Part shown: positions 1 through 6,590 of the stretch, piece by piece
Numbering within the stretch: the stretch's first letter is position 1
Layout: every line of letters begins with the position of its first letter
From: an uncultured Phycisphaerales bacterium
Lineage (GTDB): Bacteria > Planctomycetota > Phycisphaerae > Phycisphaerales > JAGLTS01
Assembly: GCA_964655955.1 (NCBI GenBank)
Contig: CAZZPX010000001.1
Span: 1 to 37,143 of the forward strand
Direction of reading: 5' to 3'
Length of the DNA: 37,143 bases
Translations under genes and position numbers: made by a program
The notes under the pieces: generated by a model
Database searches by the model: none
Told to the model about the DNA's origin: nothing
The model's input: the letters and a program-made list of their open reading frames with translations, nothing else

Positions 1-585
1 GCCGTCACGCACCCACCGGCGGAATTCGGCCAGCGCCCACTCGCGCAGGTCGCCGCCGATATCGGCCGCGAGAAACTGATTCCAGCACCAGTCGCGGCTG
101 ACGAGGATGAGCCCGGCCAGCATCCGGCGCTGTGCGTTGCCACCGGCCGCGCGGTGCAGGATTTCGGCGAGCAGGTCGTGCGATTGCCAGTTGACGACGA
201 TCTCGCGCAGGTCGGCCCCGCGCAGGTCGGCCCCGTACAGGTTGGCCCGGCTCAGGTCGCCCCCGCGCAGGTTGGCCCCGTACAGGTTGGCCTCGCGCAG
301 GTCGGCCTCGTACAGGGTGGCCCCGTACAGGTCGGCCCCGTACAGGTAGGCCCCGTACAGGTAGGCCCCGTACAGGTTGCCCACGCGCAGGTCGGCCCCG
401 TACAGGTTGGCCTTGTACAGGTTGGCCCCGCGCAGGTCGGCCCCGCGCAGGTCGGCCCCGCGCAGGTCGGCCTCGCGCAGGTCGGCCCCGCGCAGGTCAA
501 TCCTAAACTGCCACGTCTCCGGTAGCCGCTCGGCCGCAATGCCAAGTCGGATCAGTTTCTCGCGTGTTTCTGTCCAGTTCATCAT
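1..585 (-). CDS. pentapeptide-repeat protein (N-terminal part; ORF continues past the left edge of the window)
   Basis: Absent from the ORF track because there is no stop in the window. Minus-strand ATGATG at 585/582 follows GGGAGG. My translation is [28 protein letters not shown], then 20 consecutive A(D/N)LxG-type pentapeptides ([15 protein letters not shown] ... ANLYG ...), then a non-repeat segment that stays open to nt 1. Confidence 0.85.
   Translation of the reverse strand, partial: MMNWTETREKLIRLGIAAERLPETWQFRIDLRGADLREADLRGADLRGADLRGANLYKANLYGADLRVGNLYGAYLYGAYLYGADLYGATLYEADLREANLYGANLRGGDLSRANLYGADLRGADLREIVVNWQSHDLLAEILHRAAGGNAQRRMLAGLILVSRDWCWNQFLAADIGGDLREWALAEFRRWVRDG
203..502. 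repeat. 20 tandem 15-bp units (GCGCAGGTCGGCCCC / GTACAGGTTGGCCCC variants) encoding the pentapeptide repeats
   Basis: Counted directly: 20 x 15 bp, very homogeneous at the DNA level. All three plus-frame and minus-frame ORFs listed here by the track are products of the repeat. Confidence 0.95.
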
Positions 586-789
586 GTCCTCCCGGTTAAA
601 ATTTCGGGCCGGTTTCTTTAATCCCCCACACCCCACCCGGCGGGCGCGTACCGGGCGGGGTGGGCTAATTCCGTAGGTGGGGCCACGGGTCTACTCGTGC
701 GATAACAATACAATGCGCCCTGTTTGCGCGGCTGCCCAAGACGGGTATGCCGCTTCCAAGCGCCGGGTTTGACGGCCCGGCGGGGTTGG

Positions 790-1890
790 TTATTCCTCGT
801 AGGCTCCGTTGGTGACGGCGGCGGCCGTCTCCCCGAACAGTTCCTCTTGCACGTTGGGGCCGATGTCGGCCTTCAGGCGGCGGTAGGCGTCGAGGCGGCG
901 CGGGGTATCGCGCGGCGTGCCGCGATAGCCGAGAGCAATCATCCGTTCCTTCACGGTCTCGGCGTCGGTTTCGAGGATGCTGGCCGTAACGTTGACAAAC
1001 TGCGCAGCCGGGGCCTCCGAGACAAGCTGTTCATCGTCGGGGAGCGGGCCGTCGTCGGCCGGTTCCTCGGCTTCTTCGGCCTCTTCAATCACGCCCTCTT
1101 CAGGCTCTTCGACCGGCTCGGTTTCCGGCTCATCATCGGGTTCCTGCTCCTGGACAATGACCGGCTTGGACGTGAAGCCAAGATCATAATTAGCGTCGCC
1201 GGTGAAATTGCCGGTGAACTTTGGCCGATCCGGGTCATCAACGAACGCGGTAGGCGACCAGTCGTAATAGACGGGTTTCTCTTGCCGCGCCGTACCGATA
1301 GGGGCCAGCTGGCGCAACAGGTCGCGTTCGGCGCGCTGCAATGCCGACCAGGACGGCGGCCGTCCGGCTTTGGCGTATTCGTTGCCGACCAGGACGCCGA
1401 TGCCGACGCGAGCGACTTCTTTCTTGGCGTCCTCGAATGACAGTTCATCCCCGAACCGGCGGGCTTCGGCGCGCAGGCTGAACACGTCACGGCGCAGGGC
1501 AGCTGAACAGATGGCGGCCGTCTGGCCGTTGGGGATGCCGTGCGCTTTGGCCTCGTCGGGCGTCATCAGTCGCGGCCGGATGATCCACAACAGGCCGCCG
1601 GCAAGGTCGGCCTGGGCACGCCAGAAGCCCATGCCGAATGCGTGGCAAATTTTGCCGTTCTTGTCCCTCCAGATGTGGATGCCGTTAGTGCCGGGTAGCG
1701 GGTTCGCGCCGGTCAGTAGGGCAAGCTGGGCGACTGTCCGCAAGCCCTCTACCCCTACTTCCTTCGCGGCCGGGTGCATGGCCATGAGCGCGTCGGCCAA
1801 CTTCCAGGCCTGGGTCGGCGCGTCTGCCCAGCGGGTGAGGCTGCTGGGGGTTTCGTCTTCGTAAATGGTTAAATCGGTTGTATCTGTCAT
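790..1890 (-). CDS. early protein with a long acidic linker; possible single-strand-annealing/recombination protein (function uncertain)
   Basis: Long ORF. ATG at 1890 lies 9 nt after GGAGG (ggaggacagaacatcATG), and ATGA overlaps the upstream gene stop. An E/D/P-rich linker separates two domains. The position in the early operon suggests recombination, but I see no diagnostic motif. Confidence 0.7.
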   Translation of the reverse strand: MTDTTDLTIYEDETPSSLTRWADAPTQAWKLADALMAMHPAAKEVGVEGLRTVAQLALLTGANPLPGTNGIHIWRDKNGKICHAFGMGFWRAQADLAGGLLWIIRPRLMTPDEAKAHGIPNGQTAAICSAALRRDVFSLRAEARRFGDELSFEDAKKEVARVGIGVLVGNEYAKAGRPPSWSALQRAERDLLRQLAPIGTARQEKPVYYDWSPTAFVDDPDRPKFTGNFTGDANYDLGFTSKPVIVQEQEPDDEPETEPVEEPEEGVIEEAEEAEEPADDGPLPDDEQLVSEAPAAQFVNVTASILETDAETVKERMIALGYRGTPRDTPRRLDAYRRLKADIGPNVQEELFGETAAAVTNGAYEE

Positions 1891-2078
1891 GATGTTCTGT
1901 CCTCCGTAAACACATCCGACCACTCAATAGGTCGGTCCAACGGGTCGGGCGGGCCTTCCCGGTCCTGCTCGATTTCTTCGAGGCTATACCAGGTGCACTC
2001 GCACATATCGCACGAATAGATTCCGTCAAATCGGTCTATCTCGTGACCGCAGAATGGGCATTCAATCGGTTCAATCAT
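1887..2078 (-). CDS. small zinc-ribbon protein
   Basis: MIEPIECPFCGHEID...YSCDMCEC has CxxC...CxxC. The start at 2078 follows AGGAAAG. The stop overlaps the next start (ATGA at 1887-1890). Confidence 0.75.
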   Translation of the reverse strand: MIEPIECPFCGHEIDRFDGIYSCDMCECTWYSLEEIEQDREGPPDPLDRPIEWSDVFTEDRTS

Positions 2079-2182
2079 TGCTCTTTCCTCGTTTTGGCCG
2101 CGACCAGGAGGCCGACGGCGCACAGGGAGAAAATGATGAGTAGGACGATGGCTATCAGGATATCGGCCGCATTAGCAGACAT
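2075..2182 (-). CDS. 35-aa single-pass membrane peptide
   Basis: Below the ORF-track size cut-off. MSANAADILIAIVLLIIFSLCAVGLLVAAKTRKEQ. It exactly fills the gap between two genes, and its stop overlaps the downstream ATG (ATGA at 2075-2078). Confidence 0.5.
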   Translation of the reverse strand: MSANAADILIAIVLLIIFSLCAVGLLVAAKTRKEQ

Positions 2183-2534
2183 GCGCCACCTCCTCGACCT
2201 CGGCCAGCCTTGCCGTCGCGCGGCCGTCGATGACCACTGCCAGCGTATGCTTGCAATGATGAACGGCTTTTATCGTGACCGGGCTGTAGGCGAACGCCTT
2301 GCAGTAGCACTTCCACGGGTCAGCGGTATCAAAGCGCACGACCGGGTAGGTCTGCCCGCTGGGGCTGTCCACGTTGACCAGGTAGTCATCGAGCCGGCGG
2401 ATAGTTCCGTCCACGCATACCCCGGCCGCGCGGTCGATGGTCTCGGCGGCGTGGGGATGCCGGGCGGCCAGCATCGCGGCCGCTTCACGGATGAGGGCAT
2501 TGCGGGTGCTGTTAATATCTGCTATCATGTTCAT
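2172..2534 (-). CDS. SWIM-type zinc-finger protein
   Basis: WKCYCKAF...HHCKH fits the CxC-x(n)-CxH SWIM pattern. RBS is ataGGAGGatacgtATG. Confidence 0.8.
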   Translation of the reverse strand: MNMIADINSTRNALIREAAAMLAARHPHAAETIDRAAGVCVDGTIRRLDDYLVNVDSPSGQTYPVVRFDTADPWKCYCKAFAYSPVTIKAVHHCKHTLAVVIDGRATARLAEVEEVAHVC

Positions 2535-2558
2535 ACGTATCCTCCTATTTTGGGGCTT

Positions 2559-2601
2559 GCCCCGGCCGGCGTTCCTAGCACCGGCCGGGGCGCTTTTGTT
2601 T
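2559..2601 (+). terminator. GC-rich stem-loop (GCCCCGGCCGG / CCGGCCGGGGC) followed by CTTTTGTTT on the plus strand only
   Basis: Perfect 11-bp stem read directly. It is terminator-like only on the plus strand, although both flanking genes are on the minus strand. It may stop antisense transcription or act as an RNA processing or stability element. Confidence 0.4.
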
Positions 2602-2611
2602 AGCGGCGCCT

Positions 2612-2878
2612 TTAGCGCAGCTCCTCGTGGTCGTGACCGCTGTAGAGCCGGTAGGTGTTCTCGGTCGCGTGACGGTACGGTTTCGGGTCGCCCAGCGGCC
2701 GACGGTACTCGTTGTATTCATCGCCGCCGCAAGTGTTGACCCACCACCCCATGCGCCGATTGTCGCTGACAGGGTACGCGTGATCCTCGCGATATTCCCA
2801 GCCGTCGCGCTGGAGGATGCGACGGGCCTTGTCCAGTTGTTGTTGGGTCATGTTTTCGGTGAAGTTGTAGGGGTTCAT
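2612..2878 (-). CDS. hypothetical protein, first gene of the leftward early operon
   Basis: ATG at 2878 lies 7 nt after AGGAGA. No recognisable domain. Confidence 0.75.
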   Translation of the reverse strand: MNPYNFTENMTQQQLDKARRILQRDGWEYREDHAYPVSDNRRMGWWVNTCGGDEYNEYRRPLGDPKPYRHATENTYRLYSGHDHEELR

Positions 2879-2905
2879 TTCTGTATCTCCTGGTTCACTA
2901 CCGCT

Positions 2906-2961
2906 GTATCAACTTATGGATATTGTATATCAATTGTCTGATAGTGTCAAGTAGTTGATAC
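2906..2961. promoter_or_regulatory. operator-like repeats in the divergent control region
   Basis: 9-bp inverted repeat GTATCAACT (2906-2914) / AGTTGATAC (2953-2961), plus ATATCAAT (2926-2933). A fourth copy, ATATCAAC (3494-3501), abuts the -35 of the HTH-gene promoter. AT-rich intergenic region between divergent genes. Confidence 0.45.
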
Positions 2962-3029
2962 GAATTGCCTTAACCAAAATCGAAAGCAAAATCGTCTACC
3001 CTGTGGACATATCATTCCAGGAGGCAGAC

Positions 3030-3422
3030 ATGGCAGAAGTGGATTTTGACAAGGGCGACCAGCTAGAGCGAATCAAGTCGCTGGTCATCAAGGGAGAGAC
3101 CCTTTATGCCGTTTACGACATGAAGGGTGGTGGCACGGGATTTATGGGGATTACGGACTTGCGGATCATCTTCATGGATGAATCGTTTTTCCGCAAGAGC
3201 AAGGCGCTCGTGACCGTGCCGTTCACAAAGATTACGGCGCTGGGCGTAGAGGATACCGGCCGGTCGCTCAACCCGTTCGGCGCGACCTCGAAGCTGTTCA
3301 TTACGGCCGAGACGCGAGAATGGGAGTTTGAATTCAGGTCGAATGAAAAGGCTCATCGCGCCTACTGGTACATCATGTCCAACCTGCTACAGAATGAGCG
3401 CAAGGGGTTGATGAAGGAATAA
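3030..3422 (+). CDS. bacterial PH (pleckstrin-homology-like, YokE-type) domain protein; moron-like
   Basis: ATG at 3030 follows AGGAGG. The pattern GETLYAVYDMKGGGTGFMGITDLRIIFMDE...VPFTKITALGVE...LFITAETREWEFEF is typical of bPH domains. GC looks clearly lower than the surroundings, and the gene has its own terminator. Confidence 0.8.
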   Translation: MAEVDFDKGDQLERIKSLVIKGETLYAVYDMKGGGTGFMGITDLRIIFMDESFFRKSKALVTVPFTKITALGVEDTGRSLNPFGATSKLFITAETREWEFEFRSNEKAHRAYWYIMSNLLQNERKGLMKE

Positions 3423-3446
3423 TCGACCACGCGCAACACAAAAGCA

Positions 3447-3475
3447 AAAGCCGCCTTGATGGGCGGCTTTTTTTT
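3447..3475 (+). terminator. rho-independent terminator
   Basis: AAAAGCCGCC-ttgat-GGGCGGCTTTT followed by a T-run through 3475. Confidence 0.85.
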
Positions 3476-3504
3476 GAGCGTCAGAATTTCGATATATCAA
3501 CATC

Positions 3505-3534
3505 TTGACATACGTGCCGATGTTGTGTTATCAT
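3505..3534 (+). promoter_or_regulatory. sigma70-like promoter with extended -10
   Basis: TTGACA (3505-3510), 18-nt spacer, TGtTATCAT (TG at 3526-3527, hexamer 3529-3534). The predicted +1 falls on the A of the ATG at 3541. Confidence 0.65.
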
Positions 3535-3540
3535 TGCCCT

Positions 3541-3828
3541 ATGTTGAATTTGGCTAATGAAATGGCTACCGGCTCTTTTCGACCGAAAATCCGCGAGCTG
3601 CTCGACCGATACGAAAAGACCCTATATCGGGCCGCGAAGGACGGTGAGATTAGTTATAGCACAGTTCACCGCTGGCTCAATGAACCCGATGCGATTGAAC
3701 GCATCGAGGGCAAAATCCTTTTTGGTTTTTTGCTGGGTCTCGGGTTGTCGCTCGATGAGGTAAACGAACTTCGTCTCGGTGACGTGTTTGAATTCACCCC
3801 AGAGAAAGAGCAGGAACCGGCTAAGTAG
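3541..3828 (+). CDS. XRE/Cro-CI-type helix-turn-helix regulator, probably translated from a leaderless mRNA
   Basis: IRELLDRYEKTLYRAAKDGEISYSTVHRWLN...ILFGFLLGLGLSLDEV fits the HTH_3 pattern. The upstream part of the track ORF (from 3505) is occupied by the promoter. There is no RBS before 3541. Confidence 0.75.
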   Translation: MLNLANEMATGSFRPKIRELLDRYEKTLYRAAKDGEISYSTVHRWLNEPDAIERIEGKILFGFLLGLGLSLDEVNELRLGDVFEFTPEKEQEPAK

Positions 3829-3949
3829 GAGACAAAAGGCCCACCCCTTTCAGAGCGAGCCTATCGTTTCACCCCTATCCCTGACAATTGCACCTGACGG
3901 GATAGGCATCGGACATTAACAACTGAATGAAATCGAATCGTAATGCCCT

Positions 3950-3994
3950 ACGGGAGCGACGGGGATCGAACCCGCGATCTTCGGCTTGACAGGC
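3950..3994 (-). other. attP core: copy of the 3' part of tRNA-Asp(GUC), from anticodon loop to acceptor end
   Basis: Minus strand reads GC CTGTCAA GCCGA AGATC GCGGG TTCGATC CCCGT CGCTCCC G (anticodon loop with GTC, variable loop, T arm, 3' acceptor). The sequence 5' of it (TAAGC where TCGGC is needed, and no D arm) cannot complete a tRNA. Confidence 0.75.
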
Positions 3995-4014
3995 TTATGT
4001 AATTATCACTAGAC

Positions 4015-4986
4015 CTAACGGCCGAAGAACGCACGGGCCAGACCGTCGCCACCTCGATAGCGGTCGGCCAGTAGTGCGACGGTCGCGTCTACCTCGGTCT
4101 GGGCGATGTCGTCATAGTAGGCGAGCGTCGTGCGCTCTGAGGTATGGCCGGCCAGAAGTTGTCCTACCTTCGGGTCGCCCGATGCGGCGATAGCATCGGT
4201 CACAAGCCGCTTGCGTATGGCGTGGAAGCCGAACGGCCGCACGCCCGCGAATTCGCAGACGCGGTACAGCCCGATTTGCAGCGCGTCGATACGGATACGT
4301 TTCCCGGTTTGCAAACTCAGGAAGACGTACCCTAAACGCGGTGGCACGTGGGTCAGCCAGCGCCGCAACAACTCCGCAGTCTCATCAAAGAATCGAATCT
4401 CGACCCGGTCGGTTTTGCCCTGGCTATCGGCGCGGTGAACGTGCCGGTGGCCGACGGTCTTAGGCCGGTCGAGCGCCGCAACGACGGCCGCGCGGCGCAA
4501 GTTCCACGCTTCACCGCGCCGGCACGCTGAATCGGCTATGAGGCTGACCAGCGCGGCGTCGCGCAGGTCGCGGGGCTGGTAGCCGCGATGGGCGGCGAAG
4601 GCGCCCAGGCTGGACACGACGGCGGCAAAGTCGGCAGGGTCGGCGGCGCGGCTGTGAACGGGCCGGAATGAGTAGCGGTTATCGCGCCCGCGTAGCACAT
4701 TGGAGCCGTCGAGGGAGCAGTAGCGGCGGTCGGCGGCCCAGCGCCAAAATGCGAGATGCGTCGATTTGTGGCCGGCAAGTGTTCCAGAAGCAAGCCCGCG
4801 CTCGCGCATCTCTGCGAAGAAGTCACTCAGGTCGTTTTGCGCAGCGATGAGTGACAACCCCGCCCGGCCGCGGGCATATTGTCCCAATCGACTGCGCACC
4901 GTTCGCAGGTGCGCGCCGGAACAGCCACGCCGTTCCAGTTCCGACAGGTACGCGTCAATAGCGGCCGATAACGTTTTCGGTTTCAT
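4015..4986 (-). CDS. int: tyrosine integrase (phage integrase family)
   Basis: N-terminal SAM-like core-binding region. C-terminal catalytic signature ...FHAIRKRLVTD...LAGHTSERTTLAYY (HxxR, then H...Y). RBS aGGAGGacaaaactgaATG. Directly adjacent to the tRNA-derived att core. Confidence 0.92.
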   Translation of the reverse strand: MKPKTLSAAIDAYLSELERRGCSGAHLRTVRSRLGQYARGRAGLSLIAAQNDLSDFFAEMRERGLASGTLAGHKSTHLAFWRWAADRRYCSLDGSNVLRGRDNRYSFRPVHSRAADPADFAAVVSSLGAFAAHRGYQPRDLRDAALVSLIADSACRRGEAWNLRRAAVVAALDRPKTVGHRHVHRADSQGKTDRVEIRFFDETAELLRRWLTHVPPRLGYVFLSLQTGKRIRIDALQIGLYRVCEFAGVRPFGFHAIRKRLVTDAIAASGDPKVGQLLAGHTSERTTLAYYDDIAQTEVDATVALLADRYRGGDGLARAFFGR

Positions 4987-5150
4987 TCAGTTTTGTCCTC
5001 CTTTCGGGAATGGCAAGCCGGTAGTGTTGAGCCACTACCGGCCTAAATGAGGCGACCGTTTTCCAGGCGGTCAGAATGAAAAGGAAATGCTTAATTACAT
5101 GATATACCCCAGATTCACTTTTGTGACAAAACAATCTCCCGGAGAATGAC

Positions 5151-5498
5151 ATGCTGGCCACTGTCGCATTTTTTATCCTCATTTTGCTCATCATCCCCAT
5201 CCAACATCTGGCGTTCGGCCGTGAATCATCGGCCATCCGGCGCGAGTTGTTTCGACGGGCTATCGGTATCGGGACGGTCATGCTGCTGGCCCTGTTGCCC
5301 GTTCTGCTGGGCGAACTGGACATTGTGACATGGGCGGTCATCTTTGGCGGCTTCCTGCTGGCCGGGGTCATTCTGGCGGGAATGGTTTGGTTCGAGGAAC
5401 GCCGTGAGCGGGCGGCTCGGGTCGAGCAGGCACGGAGAACTCTCCATGAACAAATCGAACAATGGGCACGTCATGACGGCCCGGAAGCGGATTTCTAA
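5151..5498 (+). CDS. membrane protein (3 predicted TM segments), first gene of the rightward operon
   Basis: Hydrophobic segments plus a charged C-terminal tail. GGAGA lies upstream of the ATG. The gene is preceded by an AT-rich region with an extended -10-like TGaTATACC (5100-5108) and the palindrome TTTTGTgACAAAA (5119-5131). Confidence 0.7.
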   Translation: MLATVAFFILILLIIPIQHLAFGRESSAIRRELFRRAIGIGTVMLLALLPVLLGELDIVTWAVIFGGFLLAGVILAGMVWFEERRERAARVEQARRTLHEQIEQWARHDGPEADF

Positions 5499-5706
5499 CG
5501 CTGACGTGGAATTCTACGAGGACAACATAGCCCGCATGTTGCACATACTCAACGAGGTCCGGGGCATCACCCTGGACGTGACGGAAGCAGATTTGATGGA
5601 GGCGATTGCCATGCGCCTGGCGGCAATCACGGAATCGGCAGGACAGACGCGCCGGGCGTTGATTGCCCACCGGGACGGCAAGCAGCTTGGGGGTTTGGAG
5701 CAATGA
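5446..5706 (+). CDS. hypothetical protein
   Basis: ATG at 5446 lies 7 nt after GGAGA. ATGA overlaps the next gene at 5703. The start is uncertain (alternative ATG at 5473). Confidence 0.6.
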   Translation: MNKSNNGHVMTARKRISNADVEFYEDNIARMLHILNEVRGITLDVTEADLMEAIAMRLAAITESAGQTRRALIAHRDGKQLGGLEQ

Positions 5707-6590
5707 AGGCCGTTGACTTCTTCCGCGCACTCGATGACAGCGATCTCGACCCGTATGAGACGCGCTTCCTGCTTCGTGTCTGGCGGCGCGGACAATGCTG
5801 GGAATCGCCCGACAGCATCGCGGAATCGACGGGCATGAGCCGCCGCAAGGTGTATCAGGTGCGCAAGAAACTGCTCGAAACGGGCTGGCTTGTGCTGGTC
5901 GAAGTGCCGGGGCACCTCGCCTATCAGGTCGCTATTCCGGCCGCCGAAAATGCCGTTGAAATAGAAGAATCAAATGTTGTAGACGTGCATGAGGTGCACA
6001 CTGATGCTGTTGTATCTGTGCATGACGTGCACAAAGTTGTGCACCACGTGCACAAACCAGTGCACCAGGTGCACGCCCTACCTATTAATAGGACAAAAGA
6101 AGATTACCCCTCTAAGTATATACACGCGCCCGAGGCGGCCGCGTCCGGGAATGGGGCGGGGGAAGAAGACGACGGCTGGAAGCAGGAGGCTTGGGAGGCC
6201 ATCGTAGACCTCATCGAATTCTGGGAGCAGTTGACGCGCCGCAAGGCTCCCCCGCAAAAGTCTGACGTATTCCGGGATTCATGGCTGAAACCGTTTAACG
6301 AAATTTGGATTGCCTGTGGCCATGACGTTGACGCGGCGAAGGCAAAGATTCAGGCCGTGCGCAACGACATGCTGGCGCAGGGCTTGACGATTTTGAACCC
6401 GGCCAAGTTGCCGGGCCATGTGCAAACGATGATTGACCGCGAACTGTTGCCGCTGACGCAGCGGATGAACGGCAACGGTCATGTGAATTTCAAGAACGAC
6501 CCGGAAGCGCGAGAAGCGCATAACCGGGCCGTTTTTGACCAGGTCGCCAGAGAAATCGAAAAAGGAGAGTGGTCACCGTGGACAATTTAA
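5703..6590 (+). CDS. replication initiator / replisome organiser with N-terminal winged-helix domain (lambda O-like logic)
   Basis: N-terminus ...YETRFLLRVWRRGQCWESPDSIAESTGMSRRKVYQVRKKLLETGWL is wHTH-like. An iteron array and an AT-rich tract lie inside the gene. Confidence 0.7.
   Translation: MKAVDFFRALDDSDLDPYETRFLLRVWRRGQCWESPDSIAESTGMSRRKVYQVRKKLLETGWLVLVEVPGHLAYQVAIPAAENAVEIEESNVVDVHEVHTDAVVSVHDVHKVVHHVHKPVHQVHALPINRTKEDYPSKYIHAPEAAASGNGAGEEDDGWKQEAWEAIVDLIEFWEQLTRRKAPPQKSDVFRDSWLKPFNEIWIACGHDVDAAKAKIQAVRNDMLAQGLTILNPAKLPGHVQTMIDRELLPLTQRMNGNGHVNFKNDPEAREAHNRAVFDQVAREIEKGEWSPWTI
5985..6074. repeat. four 15-bp iterons GTGCAY-NNN-GTGCAC (candidate origin-binding sites)
   Basis: GTGCATGAGGTGCAC (5985), GTGCATGACGTGCAC (6018), GTGCACCACGTGCAC (6039), GTGCACCAGGTGCAC (6060). 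The last three are spaced exactly 21 bp apart. They encode the odd VH-rich peptide VHEVH..VHDVHKVVHHVHKPVHQVH. Confidence 0.7.
6075..6125. other. AT-rich tract with palindrome CCTATTAATAGG (6081-6092); candidate DNA-unwinding element
   Basis: A local drop in GC immediately 3' of the iterons, within an otherwise GC-rich coding region. Confidence 0.5.

Noticed and set aside
203-502. Possible CRISPR array or satellite, because of the regular short repeats (the same question arises for the GTGCAC array at 5985..6074)
   Set aside because: The units are contiguous with no spacers and translate perfectly into a pentapeptide-repeat protein. The GTGCAC units are 15 bp, lie inside a coding region and lack spacer-repeat architecture or any cas genes.
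107-676. Track ORFs 107..349, 154..525, 252..545 and 377..676 inside the 15-bp repeat array
   Set aside because: They are alternative-frame readings of the repeat (QVGPA..., TCAGP..., RRSAP...). Only the minus-strand frame giving A(D/N)LxG pentapeptides has a plausible RBS and start at 585 and matches a known protein family.
586-789. Imperfect GC-rich hairpin (CCCCACCCGG...CCGGGCGGGG, about 629-668) as a terminator between the possible recombination gene and the pentapeptide gene
   Set aside because: The stem has mismatches and no U-tract follows on either strand. The downstream gene needs transcription through or from this region, so no call is made.
724-1440. Plus-strand ORF of 238 aa opposite the early gene
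   Set aside because: It is a shadow ORF of 790..1890 with low-complexity composition and no RBS. The minus frame has clear translational coupling with its neighbours.
2559-2601. Terminator of the leftward early operon between 2612..2878 and 2172..2534
   Set aside because: The T-tract is on the plus strand only. On the minus (coding) strand the hairpin is followed by AAGCCCCAAAATAGG, so it cannot act as an intrinsic terminator for that operon. It is kept as a stem-loop of unknown role.
2943-2952. 10-mer AGTGTCAAGT shared between the control region (2943-2952) and the intergenic region after the LexA-like gene (9382-9391), as a possible regulator site
   Set aside because: A rough estimate over about 1.5 kb of intergenic DNA on both strands predicts on the order of one chance 10-mer match. 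There is no third copy or symmetry to support it. It is worth including in a formal motif search only.
3950-4020. A complete tRNA-Asp gene
   Set aside because: Only the anticodon loop, 3' anticodon-stem strand, variable loop, T arm and 3' acceptor strand are present. The upstream 30 nt cannot form the 5' anticodon-stem strand, D arm or 5' acceptor strand, and they overlap the integrase stop codon.
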